62,761 bases of DNA, taken from Candidatus Thorarchaeota archaeon SMTZ1-45. Its GTDB lineage: Archaea; Asgardarchaeota; Thorarchaeia; Thorarchaeales; Thorarchaeaceae. Of this stretch, positions 1 to 7,874 are shown piece after piece; position 1 is the stretch's first letter, and each line of letters begins with the position of its first letter. A model generated the notes under the pieces. That model made no database searches, had not been told where the DNA came from, and saw only the letters and a program-made list of their open reading frames with translations. The stretch is from positions 1 through 62,761 of the forward strand of contig LRSL01000001.1 in assembly GCA_001563335.1 (NCBI GenBank). Reading direction: 5' to 3'. The translations under genes and the position numbers were made by a program.

Positions 1-294
1 CAGAAAGTGCGCGTTGTTTTGATGGGCGCTTCTGAAAATGACCCAGTTAAGATCGAATTGATCTCTCCGCTTAGTGAAGACTCGCCAGTAACAGAACTGC
101 TGAAGAAACGACAAGCACTCTATCATTTATGCTACTCAGTTCCAGACATTGAAGATGCTAAGAGGAAAGCTCGTAAGAATGGTGCCATTGTGATTGCTAA
201 TCCTGTTGAAGCATCTCTTTTTGATAATCGAAAGATATGCTTCCTATTTACTAAGGACCATTATGTTGTGGAGCTTGTTGAAGGTGAACATTGA
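1..294 (+). CDS. VOC/glyoxalase family protein, methylmalonyl-CoA epimerase-like (5'-truncated by window edge)
   Basis: Frame is open from base 1 (QKVRVVLM...). Motifs KIELISP, YHLCYSVPDI and VELVE parallel the epimerase at 62320. Confidence 0.75.
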   Translation, partial: QKVRVVLMGASENDPVKIELISPLSEDSPVTELLKKRQALYHLCYSVPDIEDAKRKARKNGAIVIANPVEASLFDNRKICFLFTKDHYVVELVEGEH

Positions 295-303
295 ATCTCA
301 TTA

Positions 304-1215
304 TCAAGCCTGAGCAACAAAGACCTTCGAGAAGAGATTGAATAGAGGTTCTATGTATTCCGTGTTCATATTAGCGTAGACATGATTGCACATGTCTATG
401 AACTTGTTTGCTCGCTCATCGGCGAACTCATCTATTCCAATTATTTTCTTTGCTCTTTTGGTGATATCCCTCACAAGTCCCTTTGCATTCTTGTCCTCAC
501 CAAAGATATCTGTTGCATCTTGCTCAACACGCTTAAGCTGACTCTTGACCCTGATGTCAGAAACATCATCTGCGCCAAACCCCTTCACAACATCCATGAG
601 AACATCAAGAATTCCATTGTGTAGTCCTGCTACAAGTGCTTCAATCTCATATGCAGTGAACCTTACATTGGTACCTTCTCCACTGAGTTGCCATTTCAAA
701 TCGCTGCTTCTACTCACTGCTATCTTTCTCTGACCCACAGTAACTATCTCATCAAAGAACCTCGAATCGATGCTACTCTTGATCGAAGTCTTAACTATCG
801 CAGCCTCTGGAAGTCGCAACTTGATTGAATTCCCTCCATTAGTGACCACGAGACACATACCATCTGAGGGCGTTATCTTCTTGACATAGTCTGAGGGTGG
901 TGCGACCTCAACTGGAGGCAAATGCTTGAGTTTCTCTGCCAACTCCCTGATTTCAGGTTCAGTACAGATGTAGGTATTTTTATCTCCAGAAATCGAAATC
1001 GTGCCATCATCAGCACGATCAAATGTGATTTTGTTTCCTCCACCAACATCAGTTGTCTTTAGATATTCTTGCTTATAGCTACGTGCTGTTTGTGCAAGTT
1101 TTTCTAAGGCTGCTGCAACCATATGGGCTTCTCCATAACCCAAGGTAATCTCTGCACTTCCCTCGGTTCCGCGGCCGATACCAAGAGCTCCATCTTGTCT
1201 TATTTTGACGTACAC
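304..1215 (-). CDS. hypothetical protein with four internal beta-beta-beta-alpha repeats and a helical C-terminus
   Basis: 303-aa ORF; GTG start preceded by GGAGG-like/AGGT sequence; repeated units end in xExxxL/V-A-xxL. Confidence 0.7.
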   Translation of the reverse strand: MYVKIRQDGALGIGRGTEGSAEITLGYGEAHMVAAALEKLAQTARSYKQEYLKTTDVGGGNKITFDRADDGTISISGDKNTYICTEPEIRELAEKLKHLPPVEVAPPSDYVKKITPSDGMCLVVTNGGNSIKLRLPEAAIVKTSIKSSIDSRFFDEIVTVGQRKIAVSRSSDLKWQLSGEGTNVRFTAYEIEALVAGLHNGILDVLMDVVKGFGADDVSDIRVKSQLKRVEQDATDIFGEDKNAKGLVRDITKRAKKIIGIDEFADERANKFIDMCNHVYANMNTEYIEPLFNLFSKVFVAQA

Positions 1216-1324
1216 GACCTTCCACCTATCGAAAATAGGTGTAGTTCATTGAAAACTATTGTGGAGATATCAGTCCATAACAGTATAGTCATAAGATATC
1301 CATCTGATGAAGTCATGAGGCACT

Positions 1325-1498
1325 ATGACTGACGATGAAACTCCTAAGGTTACCATGATGCTCCCAGGAGTATCACATGAAGAGGTTACCTGCCCTTTCA
1401 GTAAAGGACGGTTGAAGAGGATTGGTGATGCTCTTGTATTCTTCATGCTTTTTGTGACTCCTATCCTATTCCTTCTTGCTCTACTAACCACTAGATGA
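1325..1498 (+). CDS. small tail-anchored membrane protein (57 aa, below the ORF-track cutoff)
   Basis: Translated by hand: MTDDETPKVTMMLPGVSHEEVTCPFSKGRLKRIGDALVFFMLFVTPILFLLALLTTR*. GAGG lies upstream of the ATG; basic patch followed by one hydrophobic helix. Confidence 0.55.
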   Translation: MTDDETPKVTMMLPGVSHEEVTCPFSKGRLKRIGDALVFFMLFVTPILFLLALLTTR

Positions 1499-1522
1499 AA
1501 CTAATTTTTCACCAGAATTAAG

Positions 1523-1547
1523 TGCAGAAGGCTGAAAGCCTTCTGCA
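1523..1547. terminator. perfect 11-bp stem-loop between convergent genes
   Basis: TGCAGAAGGCT-GAA-AGCCTTCTGCA lies between the stops at 1498 (+) and 1558 (-). Confidence 0.5.
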
Positions 1548-1557
1548 GTGAACGATT

Positions 1558-1917
1558 CTAAATCGAGTCTTTCACATCAAAAGCTAGAGTACCTGCTTCC
1601 TTTGTCTTGAGTGAGATGTCGATAGTATGCTCGCCTTCAGGTAGTGCTTCGCCCTTGATGTGTATCTCTATTTCAACACCAACTTTGATTGGGAATGAGT
1701 TGTCCTCACTTATTTCAGATCCTTTGACTTCACCATCTACGGATCTGATTATCGTGGAGTCTAGTGGATACTCATTACCATTCACTTTGATTGGTGCTAC
1801 AGCTGTTGTAGTACCGGGTGATAATGAGTTCTTGAGTTTAAACGAAAAGCCATCTTCGACGTTTTCGAGGCTTCCCTTTATGTATAGCTTCCTCAAAAGG
1901 AATGCTGGAATCTGCAT
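1558..1917 (-). CDS. small beta-sandwich protein resembling the stand-alone N-terminal accessory domain of some HMG-CoA reductases
   Basis: N-terminal IPAFLLRKLYIKGSLENVEDGFSFKLKNSL pattern (from recall of the family); GGAGG SD. Confidence 0.55.
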   Translation of the reverse strand: MQIPAFLLRKLYIKGSLENVEDGFSFKLKNSLSPGTTTAVAPIKVNGNEYPLDSTIIRSVDGEVKGSEISEDNSFPIKVGVEIEIHIKGEALPEGEHTIDISLKTKEAGTLAFDVKDSI

Positions 1918-2097
1918 TATGTCATATAGCCTCCAACTAATTCTATGATGGCTTGCAATCTTGTCAATCTTTTATAATTTCCGAAGTTGACCGGGACTTG
2001 ATTCTCCATTGTTTTCTTAGCTGTGGAATATCTAAAAAAAGTAATAAGTACTCAAGCACCGAATGGGCTTGAAACCCATCTTGAAGGAGAGAATTGG

Positions 2098-2466
2098 TTG
2101 CAGTTCGATTTCTTTAACATATTCGATGACATTTTTGGATCATTCACTATGATGTTCACAGTAATCATGATTGTTGTCGTTGTGATCGTGATTATTGTTG
2201 TTGTTTTTGCCTGTAGAGCAAGTTCAGGAATTGCGAGTGCTGTAGCTCGGGGTTTTACTATCGAGGCACCATCATTTGTCATTCCTGAGAGATATAGAGG
2301 TGAGAGGAGATCAGATGGTTCTGAGATTAAGACTGTCAGGCTTCCAGACAGGTGTCCTTCTTGCGGAGCTGCAATAAGCCATGAAGACATCGACTGGACA
2401 GGTCCTCTTGAGGCAAAATGCAACTATTGCGGTGGCACTCTAAAAGCCTCGTTTGAACGGATCTAA
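2098..2466 (+). CDS. membrane protein with C-terminal zinc ribbon
   Basis: One strong TM segment (VIMIVVVVIVIIVVVFAC), then CPSCG...CNYCG. Start placed at TTG 2098 after GGAG (track start 2023). Confidence 0.7.
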   Translation: MQFDFFNIFDDIFGSFTMMFTVIMIVVVVIVIIVVVFACRASSGIASAVARGFTIEAPSFVIPERYRGERRSDGSEIKTVRLPDRCPSCGAAISHEDIDWTGPLEAKCNYCGGTLKASFERI

Positions 2467-2628
2467 TGTTCTATTGTCCCAGACAAACTGGGCTATACTT
2501 AGTGGCATTAATCTTGAGATTTCATGAGGACATCAGAGTGTCATATATATCCAAATATGAGGAAGCTTTTTCACTGACATAACACGCCACATATGTAGGA
2601 CTTGCGCTGCCCCGTCGAGGAAAACCCA

Positions 2629-2919
2629 ATGGTCGATGCGCTCGAGATGCAAGAGGATGGTACAACACTCTCTGTAAATATCAACAGGGAGAACCTACTA
2701 CCTGATCGAGTCTTTTGCATCGTTGATAACATAAACAAGAATGTCTACATATGGTTGGGTAAGGAAGCAAATGTGCGCAAGAGATTTGTTGGAGCACAAG
2801 TTGCAAGCAAAATTCGTGGAGAATTGAGTACTGGGTTTAGGGTTCGTTCATTGGACCAAGGAGATGAAACTACGGATTTTTTCAACTCGTTGACGCCTGA
2901 CTACCTGACTGAGGAATAG
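2629..2919 (+). CDS. single-domain gelsolin/villin-like protein (Asgard eukaryotic-signature protein)
   Basis: DRVFCIVD...VYIWLGKEA...A...A...DQGDETTDFF matches the gelsolin repeat consensus (D.FilD....yvWiG..a ... eG.E...F). ATG 2629 follows GAGG. Confidence 0.8.
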   Translation: MVDALEMQEDGTTLSVNINRENLLPDRVFCIVDNINKNVYIWLGKEANVRKRFVGAQVASKIRGELSTGFRVRSLDQGDETTDFFNSLTPDYLTEE

Positions 2920-2982
2920 GTTTCTAATCACTACCACAAGATTCTATTGAGTATCAGATATCGAACGTTAGAGGTCAACAAT

Positions 2983-4026
2983 TTGAGAGGACTAATGAAG
3001 ACTGCCAAAGGCGTTGGTAACTTGGAGCTCAGAGAGCTTGAAGTACCAAAACCAAAAAGAGATGAGGTCTTGATAGAGGTTGCAGCTGCAGGTATCTGCG
3101 GCACGGATGTTCATATAAAACATGATCAAGCATTCTACACTCCTCCGGTGGTCTTAGGTCATGAATATTCGGGCACAGTAGTGGATGTTGGACTGGATGT
3201 GACCTCTGTAAAAGTGGGTGACTCTGTTGTGTCTCCTGCTACCGCATATTGTGGCAAATGTCATCAATGTAAGACTGGTCATATGAATCGATGCACTTCT
3301 GAAAATAAGAGAATCTTAGGGACATCAAGAGCTAACGGTGCTTTCGCAAAATACCTTGTTGTTCCAGATTATATTGTACATCAAGTACCAACAGGAGTTT
3401 CTATGGAAGAAGCTGCACTTGCTGAACCCATGGCTTGTGTAGTTCATTCAGTAATCGATAAAACTCCAATCTGTCCGGGTGACGTGGTGGTTGTGCAAGG
3501 TCCTGGTACTATGGGACTGATGGCGACTCAAGTAGCGAAAGCAATGGGCGCTGGAAAAGTCATAGTGACTGGAGTATCTTCAGACCAGTGGCGGTTTGAC
3601 ATAGCAAAGAGGATTGGAGCAGACATGACCATTGATGTGCAAGGAGAAGAGATTCCTATTGACATCATCAATGCTGAAACTGATGGTCGTGGGGCTGATG
3701 CTGTTATTGAAGCGTCTGGAGCTTGTGTCGCTTGCACCCAAGCTTTGGACTTTGTGAAGGTTGCTGGTCATGTGACACTTCTAGGTGTGCGAGGACGCCC
3801 TGCTGACATAGATCTTGACCCAATCATCGTAAAAGAACTCACTATGTCTGGAACCTGGGGCACTCTTCCGTCTTCCTGGGTCACAACTCTGCGACTCATG
3901 TCATCTCGGAAGGTGGATGTTTCTCCACTTATCACACATCGAATATCACTCTCGGAATGGGAGAAAGGCTTTGAGTTAATGGAAAGCCAAAAAGCAATCA
4001 AGGTCCTCTTCAATAATTTTAATTGA
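2983..4026 (+). CDS. Zn-dependent medium-chain alcohol/polyol dehydrogenase (threonine/sorbitol DH-like)
   Basis: GICGTD, GHEYSG, structural Zn site CxxCxxC...C, GPGTMG NAD motif. Probable start TTG 2983 (track 2947). Confidence 0.9.
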   Translation: MRGLMKTAKGVGNLELRELEVPKPKRDEVLIEVAAAGICGTDVHIKHDQAFYTPPVVLGHEYSGTVVDVGLDVTSVKVGDSVVSPATAYCGKCHQCKTGHMNRCTSENKRILGTSRANGAFAKYLVVPDYIVHQVPTGVSMEEAALAEPMACVVHSVIDKTPICPGDVVVVQGPGTMGLMATQVAKAMGAGKVIVTGVSSDQWRFDIAKRIGADMTIDVQGEEIPIDIINAETDGRGADAVIEASGACVACTQALDFVKVAGHVTLLGVRGRPADIDLDPIIVKELTMSGTWGTLPSSWVTTLRLMSSRKVDVSPLITHRISLSEWEKGFELMESQKAIKVLFNNFN

Positions 4027-4043
4027 AGGTGGATTGCATTACA

Positions 4044-4391
4044 ATGTTTCTCACAAAGGATGTTTCTCCAGATGAATATGAGGTCTATGAAACCCCTGGA
4101 ATGAAAGGTGTTAGGCGCAGGAATTTTCTAAATCCTGAGAACTCGTCCAAGAATTTTGCTTTACGTGCTTATACTATCGAACCTAGTGGCCATACATCTT
4201 ATGATAAGCATCCGCATGAGCATGGTGTTTACATGTTGAGTGGAAAAGCAGTTGTCAAAGTTGGAGAGGATGAATTTATACTGACACCTGGAGATGTCCT
4301 TCATATTCGTGCTAACGAACCCCACCAGTTCTTCAACTATGGGTCTGAACTAGTAAAATTTCTCTGTGTCCGAGATTTTATTTCTCCCTAG
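4044..4391 (+). CDS. cupin domain protein
   Basis: HPHEH...G and GD.LHI.ANEPH cupin motifs. Confidence 0.88.
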   Translation: MFLTKDVSPDEYEVYETPGMKGVRRRNFLNPENSSKNFALRAYTIEPSGHTSYDKHPHEHGVYMLSGKAVVKVGEDEFILTPGDVLHIRANEPHQFFNYGSELVKFLCVRDFISP

Positions 4392-4728
4392 GTGCCCATG
4401 TATCCAGACAGTCCTGTACAGTAGCTATATGCGATGCTGCTGGGCCTCCACCCATTACTATAGCAACAGAACAAGCCTCCATTATTTCCTCCCTTGTTGC
4501 TCCTAGAGTAAGAGCCTGTTTTGTATGATAGACCATACATTCCTCACAAGGGTTCAGAACGGAAACCACGATACAAATTATCTCTTTGAACTTTGCAGAT
4601 AAAGCACCATCTTTGTGTACTGTCTTCTGAAGGTCTGTGAATGCATTTCTTGCCTCAGGAATATCTCGGTTTAGTGCACCAAAGTGTTTCATGAAACTTT
4701 TCAGTGTCTTTTCAACATCATCAGTCAT
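4378..4728 (-). CDS. carboxymuconolactone decarboxylase / AhpD-like protein
   Basis: GALSAKFKEII...CEECMVYH...GATREEI.EA motifs. Start set at ATG 4728 because the track extension overlaps lplA. Confidence 0.88.
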   Translation of the reverse strand: MTDDVEKTLKSFMKHFGALNRDIPEARNAFTDLQKTVHKDGALSAKFKEIICIVVSVLNPCEECMVYHTKQALTLGATREEIMEACSVAIVMGGGPAASHIATVQDCLDTWAPREK

Positions 4729-4745
4729 TCGAACATTCCCCAAAT

Positions 4746-5546
4746 TCACTGGGCTAGTAAACCCAAATTCCATTCGGACTGAGAATAGCGGCTCTGATAT
4801 AAAGCCTCTGCAGTGTTCCTCTCCTCCAATGAAAAACTTCCTTTCTGAACGGGCTTTCCCGAAATCTTCTCGATACATTTAGCTATAGCAATCTTGATTG
4901 TGTCATCTGAGGGACAACGACTTACATGGTCTGCAATGTTCGTCACATTATCTCGTTTACTCTTCATACATCGAATCCTAGCTCTGTCTCGTAGAAAAAC
5001 AGGTTGCCCCTCTGGAGGTGAAAGACTCTGATGAAGCATGGGAATATCTGATTTGATAAGCAACGTTCCATGTAGAAACGCAACATTTCTCTTAAGCCAA
5101 CCCGCAGTCCCGGTTATTTTCAAGTCATTTATCCTAATACATGAGCCAAAAGGGTCATACTTGCTGGGAATCCCAACTGATTGCAGCGCTTCAGAAACAC
5201 CACCAATGAATGTTTCATAAATTTCTTTCAATGTCTGTGGGACATAATTTGCACTACGTTTCACACATATTGAGAAATTTAGGTTTCCCAAATCGTGATA
5301 AACTGCGCCACCTCCTGTAAAACGACGAGCAATTTCGATCTTCTTTTTTTTACAGAAGGACAGGTTTACCTCTTCATGAACACACTGAAATCTGCCAATC
5401 ACAACTGCTCTCTCAGAACGCCAAAACCGCAGGGTATCTTGCTTTTCTTCTTGATCTGCTGCGACTCGAGCGATTGCTTCATCAAATGCAAGGTTTTGAT
5501 ACACATTCGTGCAATCCTCTTCTATCAGCCGCCAGGTCATCAGCAC
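4746..5546 (-). CDS. lplA: lipoate-protein ligase A, catalytic domain only
   Basis: NLAFDE, RRFTGGGAVYHDLGNLNFS, KITG, HGTLL and terminal EWN motifs; no C-terminal LplB-like domain. Confidence 0.85.
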   Translation of the reverse strand: MLMTWRLIEEDCTNVYQNLAFDEAIARVAADQEEKQDTLRFWRSERAVVIGRFQCVHEEVNLSFCKKKKIEIARRFTGGGAVYHDLGNLNFSICVKRSANYVPQTLKEIYETFIGGVSEALQSVGIPSKYDPFGSCIRINDLKITGTAGWLKRNVAFLHGTLLIKSDIPMLHQSLSPPEGQPVFLRDRARIRCMKSKRDNVTNIADHVSRCPSDDTIKIAIAKCIEKISGKPVQKGSFSLEERNTAEALYQSRYSQSEWNLGLLAQ

Positions 5547-5625
5547 ATCACTCTATTATATAATCCTATATTCTTCATACACACATTCCTGATTAGCTTG
5601 TTGTAATCATAGAATGAATTGGTTA

Positions 5626-5746
5626 GCCGGTGGCAAAATTAGGTTGCTCACCACCGGCGGGAGGCCTCAGAGCAACTGTTGAGGCTTGGAGCAGATGTCG
5701 TATTCGAGGCTGACACGAATAGTACGTGTCAACAATCAGTCTGCTC
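5626..5746. ncRNA. candidate structured non-coding RNA (four helices, kissing-loop pseudoknot)
   Basis: GC-rich intergenic island. P1 5626-33/5651-58, P2 5662-69/5680-87, loop-loop GTTGCTC(5643-49)/GAGCAAC(5670-76), P3 5689-95/5740-46, P4 5711-17/5725-31. G-U extensions slightly favour the + strand. Confidence 0.55.
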
Positions 5747-5798
5747 TTTAGAATATAAGGTCACCATGTTCTTGATTGACAAAAGGATCATTAGAAAC

Positions 5799-6197
5799 CT
5801 ATGAGAGTATGTGACCACATTCATGGCAGGTTAGCGAACCTGGACGAAGTCGAGTTCCACAATATGGACACATTCTTCCTTGTGGAGGTGTTTCTAAATA
5901 TGGGTCAGAATAAACTTGTCGCGAACCTAGTACAAATCTGCCTGAAGTGTTGATATTTCTGAGTCCAATTTGGTCTGCATAGAACTCCGTATATCCACAA
6001 TCAGCACAGGTGAAAGACTCCAAAGTAGCGGTTGAAAATCCTGGTAGGTCAATTCTGACGTGATGTTCTCCTGCTATCTTATGAGGTCCTGCTATTCTGT
6101 TGCTCCCGCATTTTGGACAAGTATTGGTTTGAATCATCTCACTTTCATGTGAGAATTTTGTCTGAAGACAAATAATGCTTTGGCAATCACTAGACAT
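5799..6197 (-). CDS. double zinc-ribbon protein
   Basis: CPKCG...CADCGYTEFY plus CPYCG...CHECG. Overlaps the cruF stop; alternative start ATG 6137. Confidence 0.75.
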   Translation of the reverse strand: MSSDCQSIICLQTKFSHESEMIQTNTCPKCGSNRIAGPHKIAGEHHVRIDLPGFSTATLESFTCADCGYTEFYADQIGLRNINTSGRFVLGSRQVYSDPYLETPPQGRMCPYCGTRLRPGSLTCHECGHILS

Positions 6198-6951
6198 TGC
6201 TATTATTCAATAGATAGTACCCAATGAGTATAGACAATATTAGACCAATTCCTAGGGGCATTAGCAAACCAGTCCACAGTGAAAAACCAGTCCAAAATGA
6301 CAAACTAATGAAAAGACTACTTGAAACCTCAATGGGGATTTCTATTTGAATCTGCTTGATTCTTTGTAGGAAGTAGTATAGGATTATCGATGCAATGAAT
6401 GCTGTCAAAAACCATCCTATGTAGTTGGTAATTGGAATGCCATAATAGGGTCCTGGAGTCAGCCAGACCCAAATACTCAGCACAACTGCAGCTGGGTCTA
6501 GCACCATGTCAACAAGAACTAGAATGACTGCGCTAAGCACCAAATGTAACCTCCAATCATAGATTAATTTTGTAGAGATTGTTAAACTGCCAAATATCAA
6601 AGGTGCAAAGGCAAATGCCACACTCCATGGAACTAGCCCGAAAATCTTGAATCCCATCCAGTCACTATAATAGAATTCACCATAAGGCAGTCCCGTTGTA
6701 ATTCCAATGGCTTCTACAATTATCGGAAATATGCCAAAGAAGACAATCAAGATTAGTCCCCATTTTACACCAATCCAACGAATAAGGAAATAGTAGGAAG
6801 GAACTGAAAGAAGTACAATGAATAATGCAGAAACCCATGTAACAGCACCACCAATGGAAACATTAGCAACAAGCCAACTAGCAAGAAAGAAGGATATAGC
6901 AAAGATGAGGATTATCAGTTTCTTCATTTCAATGATAGATTTAGATGACAT
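6190..6951 (-). CDS. cruF: carotenoid 1,2-hydratase (bisanhydrobacterioruberin hydratase, CruF family)
   Basis: Multi-TM; EAIGITTGLPYGEFYY, DMVLDP and YYGIPITNYIGW motifs; directly downstream of the lyeJ-like gene. Confidence 0.82.
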   Translation of the reverse strand: MSSKSIIEMKKLIILIFAISFFLASWLVANVSIGGAVTWVSALFIVLLSVPSYYFLIRWIGVKWGLILIVFFGIFPIIVEAIGITTGLPYGEFYYSDWMGFKIFGLVPWSVAFAFAPLIFGSLTISTKLIYDWRLHLVLSAVILVLVDMVLDPAAVVLSIWVWLTPGPYYGIPITNYIGWFLTAFIASIILYYFLQRIKQIQIEIPIEVSSSLFISLSFWTGFSLWTGLLMPLGIGLILSILIGYYLLNNSNV

Positions 6952-6967
6952 CGATAGCTCGCTCCAA

Positions 6968-7840
6968 TCAAGACAGCACTATAGGGAGACCAATGCTAAA
7001 GAAGAGAATTAATCCGAAAAAGCCAGTGTAGTAGGGGAAGTACCAATATGTACGATCAATATCCGCTTCAGGCTTTATAAGAAGATAAAGTGGTATTCCC
7101 GGATAGACTATCATAAGTAGATTCCATGGAGAATTCCAAGGATACCAAACTATCAGTATGAATGCGAAGAGACTCCAAAATATAAGACACAAGACCAGAG
7201 AAGCTCTCTTCCCAGCTACAACAGCTGTAGTTTTGATGTTGGCCTTCTGATCTGCCTCAATGTCGGGAATAGCTGAAAACAGCTGCATTGCTGATGTCCA
7301 CATAAATGCCGCGAAGATGGGTAGGATTGGTGGGACCACTCCCGTCAGTTGATAATACGATAGAAGTGCAGGTATCACATATAGGAAATTCGAGGCAAAA
7401 TCAAAAATTGGCACTGCTTTAAACCTCAATGGTTTTACACTATAGAAGAAGGACAACAACATCCATGATACAAAATATGCAACAGCAATTAAGTCAGACA
7501 ATTGAAACAGAATAAGAATTACTCCATAAATGAACGATAATCCTACTAAGAGGTAAAGGTTTCTTCTATCTTTTTCAGCAGCTCTATACTCCTTCTCATC
7601 TTTCTTTGGATTGAACATATCTGTGTCTTTGTCAGAGATATCGTTAACACCATAGAGGAAAATATTCGCTGGGATCATGAAGTAAAAGAGATTAACAAGG
7701 AACCATGGATCAAGTAGTTGGGTTAGATCATACATTCCAACATTCATTCCTATAATATAACCAATAAGATACGTTCCACCTAAATATAACCAGAACCGTA
7801 CTCTTGAAACCTTCAACGCAAGATACAGGATATTCGTCAT
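6968..7840 (-). CDS. lyeJ: lycopene elongase/hydratase (UbiA-family prenyltransferase, LyeJ/CrtEb type)
   Basis: SRVRFWLYLGG, PANIFLYGVNDISDKDTD..NPKK, YS.KPLRFK and SAIPDIEAD..A.IKTTA motifs; located in the carotenoid cluster. Confidence 0.85.
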   Translation of the reverse strand: MTNILYLALKVSRVRFWLYLGGTYLIGYIIGMNVGMYDLTQLLDPWFLVNLFYFMIPANIFLYGVNDISDKDTDMFNPKKDEKEYRAAEKDRRNLYLLVGLSFIYGVILILFQLSDLIAVAYFVSWMLLSFFYSVKPLRFKAVPIFDFASNFLYVIPALLSYYQLTGVVPPILPIFAAFMWTSAMQLFSAIPDIEADQKANIKTTAVVAGKRASLVLCLIFWSLFAFILIVWYPWNSPWNLLMIVYPGIPLYLLIKPEADIDRTYWYFPYYTGFFGLILFFSIGLPIVLS

Positions 7841-7874
7841 CTCTTAGCCTCCAGTTCACTTACTCAAACTCATT

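Noticed and set aside
1270-1491. 73-aa minus-strand ORF
   Set aside because: The antisense 57-aa + strand ORF has an SD-like sequence and a coherent TM architecture; this one has no recognisable features.
1523-1547. Hairpin with GAA loop as a SECIS element
   Set aside because: Simple perfect stem with no non-canonical core and no selenoprotein candidate adjacent; its position between convergent genes fits a terminator or stability hairpin.
4729-4878. N-terminal extension of the CMD-family ORF overlapping lplA
   Set aside because: Homology starts at MTDDVEK (4728); the extension is an alternative-frame overlap.
5626-5746. Identity as SRP RNA Alu domain, 5S rRNA, tRNA or HDV-like ribozyme
   Set aside because: Too short and no helix-8 motif for SRP; no cloverleaf or T-loop; no 5S conserved blocks; the minus-strand GGCTAA has no matching P2 partner for an HDV fold.
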